Source: a virus. From it: a stretch of 64,000 nucleotides of DNA. Location: positions 12,799-76,798 of the IMG/VR virus record IMGVR_UViG_3300025645_000054; one strand, 5' to 3'. The stretch's first letter is position 1. Each line of letters begins with the position of its first letter. The notes under the pieces are model-generated. The model was not told the origin of the DNA and searched no databases. It saw nothing but the letters and a program-made list of their open reading frames with translations. The position numbers and the translations under genes were made by a program. This document shows positions 27,793-36,298 of the stretch, one piece after another.

Positions 27793-28397
27793 TGCCTATG
27801 ATCCAGCTGCCCTTCCAAGGGTTCTATCACACCACCCACTCCTGGCAGATCGACAACGAGTTTGATCGTGTGTCCACAGATTGGGAGGACATCATGGGCT
27901 GTGACATGCCCCAGTCCCTCGCCGATCTCTTCTTCATCGCCGCGGACTTCGCCGCTGCCTATGCGGAGTATGCTCAGGACTATGTCCAAGCCTTCTGCGA
28001 GGAGTTCTTTGACAGCGACGGCACCTTCGACGGGATGGAGTCCCCGAGGGAATACAATTTTGAAACCGATCGGGTCTTCGCCCAGATCTCCGACGAGACC
28101 CTGAAAAAGATCTGGGACGAGACCAGCGCTGAGCGCCTGAGAAAGGTCGCGGCCCGGAGGCACACTTCCTACGACGGGTTCTCCTCGTTCTACTCCTCCG
28201 ACACCTCCACCTGGGGCCCCTACCAAGAGTGGGACCACAACCAACTGATGACCCTGCTACTGGCATGGTTACCAGAAGACTTTGATGAGATGTGCCTCGT
28301 CGAAGATTTTGAATGCCAAACCCTCTGGAACAAGCCCGAGGCCAACCGGCCTTGGAAGATCTGGAATTACCTGACCTATGAAAGGAAGAACCGATGA
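27792..28397 (+). CDS. acidic, aromatic-rich hypothetical protein
   Basis: PFQGFY...ESPREYNFETDR; AAGGAG SD. Confidence 0.8.
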   Translation: MPMIQLPFQGFYHTTHSWQIDNEFDRVSTDWEDIMGCDMPQSLADLFFIAADFAAAYAEYAQDYVQAFCEEFFDSDGTFDGMESPREYNFETDRVFAQISDETLKKIWDETSAERLRKVAARRHTSYDGFSSFYSSDTSTWGPYQEWDHNQLMTLLLAWLPEDFDEMCLVEDFECQTLWNKPEANRPWKIWNYLTYERKNR

Positions 28398-28807
28398 ACA
28401 TCGAAGAAATTCAAACCACACTTGCCCAACTGGTCGTGCAGATGACCGAAAAGGGGGTCCTCACGCCCAGCACAGAACTGGACATAAAAGACAGCGGCCG
28501 GTTTTCAGTCTACCTGACGGCAAAATACAACTCGGAGGCCTTTGGCCAAGATGGCAACAGCAAATTTCTACATGGGGATACCGCTCCCGAGGCGTTTGCG
28601 AATGCCTACGCCTACATCCAGGCACTACCCTCCCCCGAAGAAGCACAGACCCGGGAGTTCCTCAAGAGGGTCGCCAACGCGATCGACTTTGCCACGGACC
28701 ACAGCATTGCAGATGAATACGTCACCCCTCTGCGCAGCGTCACCTGTGCCATGACCGAAAACCTCCTGCCGGCACCGGAGATTGCTATGCAATCGAAGAA
28801 TATATGA
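28394..28807 (+). CDS. hypothetical protein
   Basis: AAGGA SD, ATGA overlap. Confidence 0.75.
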   Translation: MNIEEIQTTLAQLVVQMTEKGVLTPSTELDIKDSGRFSVYLTAKYNSEAFGQDGNSKFLHGDTAPEAFANAYAYIQALPSPEEAQTREFLKRVANAIDFATDHSIADEYVTPLRSVTCAMTENLLPAPEIAMQSKNI

Positions 28808-28816
28808 CTTTCAGAA

Positions 28817-28833
28817 TTGCGTAACTTGCGCAA
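28817..28833. promoter_or_regulatory. 17-bp palindromic operator (1 mismatch)
   Basis: TTGCGTAACTTGCGCAA, intergenic. Confidence 0.75.
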
Positions 28834-28880
28834 TTTTAAGCCAACCCCCTAACCCCCCAACCCCCATCCGTGAGGATATC

Positions 28881-29609
28881 ATGAAAATCATCGTCAAGTA
28901 TTACGGCCCGGTCACCGTCACCGACCCGGACTATCCCAAGGATCTCCCCAACAAACACTTCAATGTCTGGGGAGACAACCGGCCCACCTTCGAACAGCAG
29001 GGCACTCATGAATATGAGGTGGACTCCAAGCATCTCTTTGATGATCAGGTGAACACCACCTGCGGCAAACGGATCCACGACTGGGCCGATTACATGTCCC
29101 CGAACCGTCATATGCGCTGGGGCCACTACGTGGTCAACATCGATGAGCTGAACAAGTTCCGCCACCAGTATTTCAAGTGCGGATACTGCGGCAACATGGA
29201 CCAGACCGGCGGGTGGTGCCAAAAGTGCCGAGGGTCTGAATTCCTGACCCCCGACGTCCACCACCTGCTCCACATGGTGCGCCTTGGGGACAAGCGTGAG
29301 AAACTTCCCATCCCCGACGACGTCCTCGGGACCATCCACCACGATCAGAAGGCGACGGATGCCCGGAAGCTGAAGCGTAAGCGCCTCCAAATCTTGGCCG
29401 AGATTGAGAAGAAGGAGACGGATCTCCTCTTCCACGACATTGTCATCAAACGGGGCCTGACCTTTGCCCAGATCAGCAACTGCATCCACTATAGCCACAA
29501 GGACAAGTTCTGTTTCGGATGGAAAACCCCGGTCTCCGTCGAGGAAGCCGACATCATCGCCAAGGCCATGGAGGGGACTCCGTTTGAGCTGGAGTTCGTC
29601 ACCGTATGA
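28881..29609 (+). CDS. hypothetical protein with CxxC...CxxC zinc finger
   Basis: CGYCG...CQKC; preceded by the repeated leader. Confidence 0.8.
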   Translation: MKIIVKYYGPVTVTDPDYPKDLPNKHFNVWGDNRPTFEQQGTHEYEVDSKHLFDDQVNTTCGKRIHDWADYMSPNRHMRWGHYVVNIDELNKFRHQYFKCGYCGNMDQTGGWCQKCRGSEFLTPDVHHLLHMVRLGDKREKLPIPDDVLGTIHHDQKATDARKLKRKRLQILAEIEKKETDLLFHDIVIKRGLTFAQISNCIHYSHKDKFCFGWKTPVSVEEADIIAKAMEGTPFELEFVTV

Positions 29610-29706
29610 GTATGACCTGCGACGACCCCTGCGACGACGTATCAAAGGATGTCCAGAAATGGACATCCCCTCCCCCCCCCCCCCAACCCCAATCCGAAAG
29701 GAACAC

Positions 29707-30300
29707 ATGATGGGATGGACCACCCTTTACGATCGCCCTGATGACCCTAAGGCTTATTTGGCCCGAAATCTAACATGGGAAACAGAAAATTTCTATGCCG
29801 CCCCACTGGCAATTCGAAATGTTGGCAGCACCTACTATGCCGCCACCAAAATGCAACCCAAGCCGGATAAAAAGCTCTCCAATTCTATGAAGAGCAATTA
29901 CGTACTGGCCTCAGATGGGTCCGTCGTCTTTGCCGTAGTATACCTCACCTCCGTCAAAAACGGTGAGTTCAGCTACAAAGACATGACCGAGGACATGGGT
30001 CCTAACGAGAGCAAGGCCCCGCCCCTGATCCTTAACCTTCTGTCACCCCTCACGGACCCCCTATGTTATGCCGCCGAGTGGCGGGCTAGGTGCCGGGTAT
30101 ACTCCAAGCGTTTCCGTCCAAAAACTGGGGACAACATCCGGATCAAAGAGGCTTGGGAGCCCTACGGTCGAGATTTTGAAAAGGTAAAGTACTACCGATC
30201 TCGGGGCGTGTACCGATCACACAAGAACCAACAACTGGTTCGTTTGAGCTCCCACCAACTGGCCGAGGCCACTCTAATCAAGGATATGAACCCCCGATGA
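29707..30300 (+). CDS. hypothetical protein
   Basis: MGW...YYAA...YKDMTEDMGP...AAEWRARC; preceded by the repeated leader. Confidence 0.8.
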   Translation: MMGWTTLYDRPDDPKAYLARNLTWETENFYAAPLAIRNVGSTYYAATKMQPKPDKKLSNSMKSNYVLASDGSVVFAVVYLTSVKNGEFSYKDMTEDMGPNESKAPPLILNLLSPLTDPLCYAAEWRARCRVYSKRFRPKTGDNIRIKEAWEPYGRDFEKVKYYRSRGVYRSHKNQQLVRLSSHQLAEATLIKDMNPR

Positions 30301-30557
30301 CCCAGACATATGCCATTAGAACCTCACTGTACTGCAGCCCTTCCTCCCGGGACTTTGAACTGCCTGAGGGCAAAAACTGGGAGGACATCCAGGAGTGGTT
30401 CATCAAGTGGGACCAGCTGAACTTCACCTACGACGGCACCAACTGGCACAGATTGGATCTCCAGAGCGAGACCAACGACGCCACCGATTGGAAGAGGCCC
30501 ATCAGCGCCACGGTCTATTCAGAAGCCGAAGGCATCATTGAAGAGAAGGATCTTTGA
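30297..30557 (+). CDS. hypothetical protein
   Basis: ATGA overlap; acidic and Trp-rich. Confidence 0.65.
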   Translation: MTQTYAIRTSLYCSPSSRDFELPEGKNWEDIQEWFIKWDQLNFTYDGTNWHRLDLQSETNDATDWKRPISATVYSEAEGIIEEKDL

Positions 30558-30558
30558 T

Positions 30559-30810
30559 ATGAAAGCCATCATCCATGTGAACCGCCAAAACATCGCGATG
30601 AATGCCAAGGACCAAGGTGATCGTCCGGTGTATACCGTCAAGCGTAACGGAACCACTCGTTACGCCCGACAAATTGAGATCCACGGACCAAGCACCTTGG
30701 TCTACGACGGCCGGCAGCTGAGCTGCGGGGCCCGGGCGTGGATAGAAACCCGATCTCCCCTCACCCTGATCGACGAAATGTCGTTCCAAGAATCGCGGAA
30801 GACAGCATGA
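30559..30810 (+). CDS. hypothetical protein
   Basis: IIHVNR..I..N...LSCGARAWIET; AAGGA SD. Confidence 0.75.
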   Translation: MKAIIHVNRQNIAMNAKDQGDRPVYTVKRNGTTRYARQIEIHGPSTLVYDGRQLSCGARAWIETRSPLTLIDEMSFQESRKTA

Positions 30811-31268
30811 ACAGTATGCCATCCATCTCTGAAACCCGAGCCCTCGTATTTTTGAAGTTCGACGGGATCAACGACAGCCAAGGGGCCCCCATGGCGCAGC
30901 ACATGCAACGTGTGGCCATGTCCGTTCCCCCAGATGAGATCACCGTGACCATTGCATGGCTCCATGATCTCGTCGAGGACACCGACGTGACCCTGCAGGA
31001 TCTGACCGACACCGGGTATCCCCCAGAGGTCACCGACGCGGTTGCTCTCCTGACCCACGACAAGAAGACCCACAGCTATCCTGAGTACATCGATCGGCTG
31101 ATCGCCTCAGGGAACCAACGGGCCATCCAGGTCAAGATTGCTGACCAGCAGGACAACACCAACCCGTCCCGCTGGCTGGGCATGAACCCACACATGGCCC
31201 GGTCCCTGACCAAGAAGTGGCACGGCGTCCTGCCCCGTTTGCTGCAGGCGGTGACCTATGATGCTTGA
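30807..31268 (+). CDS. HD-domain protein, RelA/SpoT hydrolase (SAH/Mesh1)-like
   Basis: H..RVA, AWLHDLVEDT, V.LLTH, VKIAD..DN motifs of HD_4 hydrolases. Confidence 0.85.
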   Translation: MNSMPSISETRALVFLKFDGINDSQGAPMAQHMQRVAMSVPPDEITVTIAWLHDLVEDTDVTLQDLTDTGYPPEVTDAVALLTHDKKTHSYPEYIDRLIASGNQRAIQVKIADQQDNTNPSRWLGMNPHMARSLTKKWHGVLPRLLQAVTYDA

Positions 31269-31524
31269 GAACTGGGAGGGCAATCTTCCGATCCTCCTCC
31301 TCGTCGCAGAGGAGGGCGAGACCCCTGAGGCGCGCCGTCAGGCCTTCGACGCCCTCAAGAACATGGCCAAGATCGCGGACCAGTTTGGGAAAAAGCTCTC
31401 GATTGATGTCTATCCCAAGAAGGTCGTGCTGGCCCCACTTTTTGAGTTCACCGAGGATCTTGAGGAAAACCTCAAGCTGCTGAAGTGGCAATATCCCAGC
31501 CTACCAGTGAGGTACAGAAAATGA
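31258..31524 (+). CDS. hypothetical protein
   Basis: Coupled in operon. Confidence 0.6.
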   Translation: MMLENWEGNLPILLLVAEEGETPEARRQAFDALKNMAKIADQFGKKLSIDVYPKKVVLAPLFEFTEDLEENLKLLKWQYPSLPVRYRK

Positions 31525-32063
31525 AACTTGAAACCTTGGCCAAGCGGGTCGCGCAGAAGGCGGGGGCTCCCGAACTGGAAGAGTGCCTTGTGCACCAGAG
31601 GGCCCCCGAGAGTATGGACTGCATGATCTGGACGGGCAAGAAAACCCGCGAGGGTCTGTTTCCCAAGATGGTCCGGGACAGTGACGGCCGGCCGGGGATG
31701 GAACCAGTCATGGTCCATTCTCGCCCCATGATCCGATACAACAGACGGGAGAACTATGCCGATCGTCTGGTGTTCTCTCTGACCACCGGAAGAGAAATCT
31801 TGAACCGCCGGTTGGAAAAGATCTGCGGGGAACCCCTCTGCGTCAATCCCAACCACTCGATCCTACATGAGCTCCCGGAGGATAGCCCTCCGCCCCCTCC
31901 CCCGCCACCAGAGGAAGAAGACGACTGGTCTGTGGAGGAGGCCGTGGAACTTTTGGAAATCTATCTGACCACCAACCGGCCCCCGATCGACCCAGAGCAC
32001 CCGCTGTTACTGGATATTCCCGAAGACATCATGGCCCAAGCCAAAGAACAAATGGGCCAATAA
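31521..32063 (+). CDS. degenerate HNH-like protein with Pro/acidic tail
   Basis: CMIWTG...ADRLVF...ICGEPLCVNPNH resembles His-Cys-type HNH (CW.W.G...AHR...H.C.N..CVNP.H) but lacks the key His residues. Confidence 0.6.
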   Translation: MKLETLAKRVAQKAGAPELEECLVHQRAPESMDCMIWTGKKTREGLFPKMVRDSDGRPGMEPVMVHSRPMIRYNRRENYADRLVFSLTTGREILNRRLEKICGEPLCVNPNHSILHELPEDSPPPPPPPPEEEDDWSVEEAVELLEIYLTTNRPPIDPEHPLLLDIPEDIMAQAKEQMGQ

Positions 32064-32088
32064 CCACACCGTATCCGAGGAGGATCAC

Positions 32089-32469
32089 ATGCAAGAACAA
32101 GAAGCCGCCACCATCCTTGCCGCCCTGCGCTATTATCAGGAGAACGGTCAGGGGGATCCCGCGAACCGAACCCAGTGGACCCACGACATCGCCACCAACA
32201 TGGACCTCGTGGTCTCACTGGACGACGACGGGATCGATGAGCTGTGCGAAAAGCTCAATCAGGAGCCTGAGGTCTCGGTCTTCACCGTCTCACGACTGAC
32301 CGATGCCTATGTCGTCCACACCCAGGAAGTCATCACGGACACAGCCGAGGAAGCGCTCAGGATCTCTCGGCTCTTTCCGGAGCGCTGGGTCTCTTCCCAC
32401 GTCTCTGAATTCGATCATCATGACTACACTGTCCACGACGCAGATGGCGACGAGGTGATCGGGATATGA
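32089..32469 (+). CDS. hypothetical protein
   Basis: ATILAALRYYQ; preceded by a leader variant. Confidence 0.75.
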   Translation: MQEQEAATILAALRYYQENGQGDPANRTQWTHDIATNMDLVVSLDDDGIDELCEKLNQEPEVSVFTVSRLTDAYVVHTQEVITDTAEEALRISRLFPERWVSSHVSEFDHHDYTVHDADGDEVIGI

Positions 32470-32765
32470 GCATTCAACTCACCATCGACGAGATGCTGGA
32501 CGTCCTCAATCAGGCCGAACACCCCCTGTATTTCCGTCTGAAGCGCGAGACGGAAAACTTGGCCACCCTACTGGCTGAGCGGGTGGCCGAGTCTGTTCCC
32601 GAAATTGAACTATTGGGCTCCGCCACCTTTGAGGGCTGTGCGTTTGGAGGCACCTGTGCCCCGTTCCAACCCAAGGCCATAGGCCCCTACCCTCAAGCCC
32701 TGCTGGGTTTTGAAGAACTGTATTGGAAGGAAATGCAAGATGAAGACCTATCACACACGGATTGA
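32466..32765 (+). CDS. hypothetical protein
   Basis: ATGA overlap. Confidence 0.65.
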   Translation: MSIQLTIDEMLDVLNQAEHPLYFRLKRETENLATLLAERVAESVPEIELLGSATFEGCAFGGTCAPFQPKAIGPYPQALLGFEELYWKEMQDEDLSHTD

Positions 32766-32994
32766 TCTGAGCACCGACTATGGGGAGCTGGAGGGTATTC
32801 CCGCCACCTTCCTCATCGACGGCGAACTGGCCAGTCTCGACCACATCCAGTTCAACGGACTGGAACTGAACCCCCACGACGCCATCAAGGCCTTCGGGCA
32901 CCGGGTCATCAGCCAAGCGGAACTCGAGATCGAGTGCCGTTTCGCAGAAAGAGACTTTGACCGGGACGGCGTACATTTTGAGGACGTAGCATGA
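32740..32994 (+). CDS. hypothetical protein
   Basis: AAGGA SD, coupled to the next gene. Confidence 0.6.
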   Translation: MKTYHTRIDLSTDYGELEGIPATFLIDGELASLDHIQFNGLELNPHDAIKAFGHRVISQAELEIECRFAERDFDRDGVHFEDVA

Positions 32995-33572
32995 AACTCT
33001 GGACAGTAATCGTCAACGACCAATATGGCCCTTCCGTTGAAATCTACAGAACTCAAGTGGAGGCCAACGAGGCCGCTTGGGATTTTGCCGACACCTTTTG
33101 GCAAGAGGAAAAAGGAGGAGACACGCCCGAAGACTGGGAGGACGCCATGGAAATTCTGTGGGAGCAACCTCTGTTCATCGACAGTGTCCATATGGATTGT
33201 CACGAGGTCATTCCCCCCGAGCCAGAGCGGAACCTGATCGAAGATATCCTTGCCGCCTCCGTCCCCGACCTACGGGATGGGGATCTCGAGGTGGATGAGA
33301 ACATGGCAGTGGTGTCCCTTGGGGAAGATCCCGGGGCCTATGTCCAGTGCTGGAAATGGGTCGATTTCGAAGACGTCGATCAGGACATGGCCCTGATCCC
33401 GCCAGATGGTCCGGTTTGGTATTTTGATCTCTTCTCGGAGTTCATGATGGCCTACGCCGAGGCCCCTGAAGGTACCATCATGAAGCGGGGCACACCCGAG
33501 CTCCTCGAACAGAGTGGGGGGATGATCCATGACGCCGAGGAGTTCATCCACTGGATGGAGGCGAAGGCATGA
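32991..33572 (+). CDS. very acidic hypothetical protein
   Basis: 193 aa, Asp/Glu far exceed Lys/Arg; GAGG SD. Confidence 0.75.
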   Translation: MKLWTVIVNDQYGPSVEIYRTQVEANEAAWDFADTFWQEEKGGDTPEDWEDAMEILWEQPLFIDSVHMDCHEVIPPEPERNLIEDILAASVPDLRDGDLEVDENMAVVSLGEDPGAYVQCWKWVDFEDVDQDMALIPPDGPVWYFDLFSEFMMAYAEAPEGTIMKRGTPELLEQSGGMIHDAEEFIHWMEAKA

Positions 33573-33868
33573 GCGCTTATCACCAGCTGACCGCAATCAT
33601 GGAGGCTCACCCGGACCTTGTTTTCTGCAACGACGGGTACCAGAACCTCCCCGCCGAAATCGTGGAAGCCAACAAGGAGACCATTCAGGAGATTGAAAAA
33701 ATCCTGAAGGAGAAAGTCTGGGGGTTCGTGTCTTTCCAGAATTTCAAACCCCGCAAAGATGGCTCCATGGCTGTGCGATATCAGGCCCGCTACGACGAGA
33801 ACACAGGCTTCGTGGGGGTGGTGTACACCCCTCTGGCAGAATTTCAGGAGAAAACCAATGACTATTGA
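33569..33868 (+). CDS. hypothetical protein
   Basis: ATGA overlap. Confidence 0.7.
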   Translation: MSAYHQLTAIMEAHPDLVFCNDGYQNLPAEIVEANKETIQEIEKILKEKVWGFVSFQNFKPRKDGSMAVRYQARYDENTGFVGVVYTPLAEFQEKTNDY

Positions 33869-34190
33869 ACCAAACAATTTCTTTGCCACACCAACAGATA
33901 TGGCTGATCTCATGCGACGGCTGAAACTTTACAGCGGCCCAGAGTGCGTGGCCGCATCAATGGGTGCCGGGATGGCCTGGAACCTTGCGGCCAAGGTCTC
34001 CAACACCCGGCCCCCGGAACTCTGGGCCAACTACCAAGACGATTTCAATTCCATGAGCGACGACGATATCCGCCAAGAAACCCAGGGGGCTCAGCAGCTC
34101 ATTGATGAAAGTGAGCGCTGGGTCGAGGCGGTGGCCATGTGGACCGCAGCCGGTCGTCCTCGCACCTCAGACAAGGAGGAGAGGGCATGA
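33858..34190 (+). CDS. hypothetical protein
   Basis: AGGAG SD. Confidence 0.7.
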   Translation: MTIEPNNFFATPTDMADLMRRLKLYSGPECVAASMGAGMAWNLAAKVSNTRPPELWANYQDDFNSMSDDDIRQETQGAQQLIDESERWVEAVAMWTAAGRPRTSDKEERA

Positions 34191-34522
34191 AGAACGACAC
34201 AGAAGAACTGTTCCAGAAGTGTCAAGAGGCCCGGTCAAAGTTACGGGAAGCAAGGCAGTTTCTGACCCAAGAGAATGACAAATACCGTGAGGCACTGATC
34301 CGAGACAGGATCGCTGAACTGGAAGCCGCCGGCATGCCCCTAGGGTCAAAGGTCAGGGCGTATCACGGGGAATTCTTTCAGGGTGAATACTTAATCCAAA
34401 GCGTTTCGGTCCCTTTGGGTAAGGCCCGCATCCATCTCTGCAAATTCAAGAAAGACGGAACGCCTTATCTCAAGACACCACGCGTCTCGTTCGACCGCCT
34501 TGAGCCAGTACAGGAGACGTAA
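34187..34522 (+). CDS. hypothetical protein
   Basis: AGGAG SD, ATGA overlap. Confidence 0.7.
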   Translation: MKNDTEELFQKCQEARSKLREARQFLTQENDKYREALIRDRIAELEAAGMPLGSKVRAYHGEFFQGEYLIQSVSVPLGKARIHLCKFKKDGTPYLKTPRVSFDRLEPVQET

Positions 34523-34560
34523 CCTAACTTCCCCCCCCCACCCCCATCCGAGAGGATCAC

Positions 34561-35319
34561 ATGAAAACCTATATTATTTACGAGGGGCCCAGCCTCCTCG
34601 ATGGCCAGCCTATTGTGGCACTGGCCCAGATCGGTAGCAACAATACCAAGACTGGCAACCAGCTTCAGACATACATCTTCAGGGCGGACATAGATCCGCT
34701 GGAGGCCAGCAGGAGCGGCGAAGATTTCAGCATCTGTGGCAACTGCACCCTCCGGGGCGTGGCCCACGGCGGCAACGAAGGACAGGCCCGGGACCGGGCC
34801 TGCTACGTGGTCCTGTTTCAAGCCCCCTTGGGCAAGTACCGGGCCTACAAGAGGGGAAGCTATTCCCGGGCCACCGACATCGCTGCGATCGGCCGGGGCA
34901 AGACCGTCCGCATCGGAAGTTACGGAGACGGTCTGGCGGTCCCCGAGAGAATTTGGGATGAGTTGTGCAGCGAGGCCAATGGCCACACAGCCTATACCCA
35001 CCAAAAGAATACCCAACCACACCGGTTTATGACCTCGGTGGAGAGCTTGGGAGAGGCAGAACAAGCATGGGACCGCGGAGAACGCACTTTCCGCGTTGTC
35101 AAATCAGTCGAGCAGATGGTCAAAGGAGAAGTGCTGTGCCCCGCTTCGAAAGAGGCAGGCCAGCGTACCACCTGTGTCAGCTGCCAGCTATGTGCTGGCA
35201 ACTCCAAAAAAGGAAAGTCCATTGCCATCGTGGCACATGGAAATGGAGGTAAGAAGCTGCGCCAACGACTGGAGACGACCAATGATCTCACACAAAGTGA
35301 TGCTCATAACAGGGTCTAA
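34561..35319 (+). CDS. Cys-rich, putative Fe-S / radical-SAM-like phage protein
   Basis: SNNTKTG, ICGNC...CYV, VRIGSYGD, AYTH, CPAS...CVSCQLC. Confidence 0.55.
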   Translation: MKTYIIYEGPSLLDGQPIVALAQIGSNNTKTGNQLQTYIFRADIDPLEASRSGEDFSICGNCTLRGVAHGGNEGQARDRACYVVLFQAPLGKYRAYKRGSYSRATDIAAIGRGKTVRIGSYGDGLAVPERIWDELCSEANGHTAYTHQKNTQPHRFMTSVESLGEAEQAWDRGERTFRVVKSVEQMVKGEVLCPASKEAGQRTTCVSCQLCAGNSKKGKSIAIVAHGNGGKKLRQRLETTNDLTQSDAHNRV

Positions 35320-35509
35320 GGCCCAAGATGCATTCAATGAGGGAGAGAGAAACCCCAATAAATTATTGGACCTAGGCTACTGCCAAGTGTTCTCATTCCG
35401 AACGAGGGATGAGAAAGTCGCGTTCATAGAAGGCCTTAGGATAGGATCCAAAACAGTCAACCCTTGGCTATTTGATCTTTCCGAGTCCGTTCTCTTTCGC
35501 GATACCTGA
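35282..35509 (+). CDS. hypothetical protein
   Basis: GGAG SD before ATG 35282; converges on mucR. Confidence 0.5.
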   Translation: MISHKVMLITGSKAQDAFNEGERNPNKLLDLGYCQVFSFRTRDEKVAFIEGLRIGSKTVNPWLFDLSESVLFRDT

Positions 35510-35824
35510 CCGACGAGTGGAATAATTTGAGGGCACAAACGGATAATCTTCCGGGAGCCCCCAGCGTTCTATGTACTGCTCGTCGGTCATACCGTGGTGA
35601 GTTTTGAGATACCGGCGCAGGAGTTTCACTTCTGCCCCGTCCTCAAGGCACACCAGATAGTCATCGTGGACCGACTCCTCGATCGGCACCGCCGGTACCA
35701 GAACCGGATCCCTCAGATTTTCGAGAGCCTCTTTGATAGCCACAAGGGTGTCAGGGAGTTTTTCGAGGGGAACTTTGTTGTTGGCCAGATAGGCTGCAGC
35801 CAGAGTAATGATGTCGCGGTTCAT
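35468..35824 (-). CDS. mucR: Ros/MucR-family transcriptional silencer
   Basis: AAYLANNKV..EKLP, PAVPIEESVHDDYLVCLEDG, Y.ERWGLP.DYP.V..NYS.RRS.IAK..GLG are diagnostic; GGAGG SD. Confidence 0.92.
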   Translation of the reverse strand: MNRDIITLAAAYLANNKVPLEKLPDTLVAIKEALENLRDPVLVPAVPIEESVHDDYLVCLEDGAEVKLLRRYLKTHHGMTDEQYIERWGLPEDYPFVPSNYSTRRSGIAKENGLGKIK

Positions 35825-35839
35825 AATACCTCCCAAGAG

Positions 35840-35869
35840 ATTTCCATGCAATGTCTTGCATGGAAATGT
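35840..35869. promoter_or_regulatory. inverted pair of the 16-bp motif between divergent mucR and KTSC genes
   Basis: ATTTCCATGCAA-TGTC-TTGCATGGAAAT(GT). Confidence 0.7.
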
Positions 35870-35907
35870 CGACAACTGTCAACCACCAAAGTAAAAGGAA
35901 GATAACC

Positions 35908-36276
35908 ATGAAGGACGAAAAAATGACCAAAGATGAAATTCATATCCGTAAAGCTCCCTCCTGGGCCTGGAGGGTAATCGACGAACTCATTTCAGACCAC
36001 CTGGGGAGCTCCCTCATCAAATCGGCCGCGGATCAGATGTTTGAAGATGTGGAGGTGGTCATGCAACCCGTGGTGAGCAGCAACATCGCAGCGGTAGGGT
36101 TCAGGGAATTTTGCGGACTCATGGTAGTCCAGTTCAAGAACGGGTCAATCTATCAATATGATAATGTTACCCCAGAGTTGTATCACGAAATCGTGAACGC
36201 TGACTCCGTGGGCTCGACCTTTAACCGGGTGGTCAAGTCCAACCCGACCGCGTACCCCTTCACCAAGCTCATCTAG
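35908..36276 (+). CDS. KTSC domain protein
   Basis: VVSSNIAAVGF...VQFKNGSIYQY.NV..E.Y..IVNA.SVG..FN..VK. Confidence 0.85.
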   Translation: MKDEKMTKDEIHIRKAPSWAWRVIDELISDHLGSSLIKSAADQMFEDVEVVMQPVVSSNIAAVGFREFCGLMVVQFKNGSIYQYDNVTPELYHEIVNADSVGSTFNRVVKSNPTAYPFTKLI

Positions 36277-36298
36277 AGCGGTAATCCGAGAGGATCTC

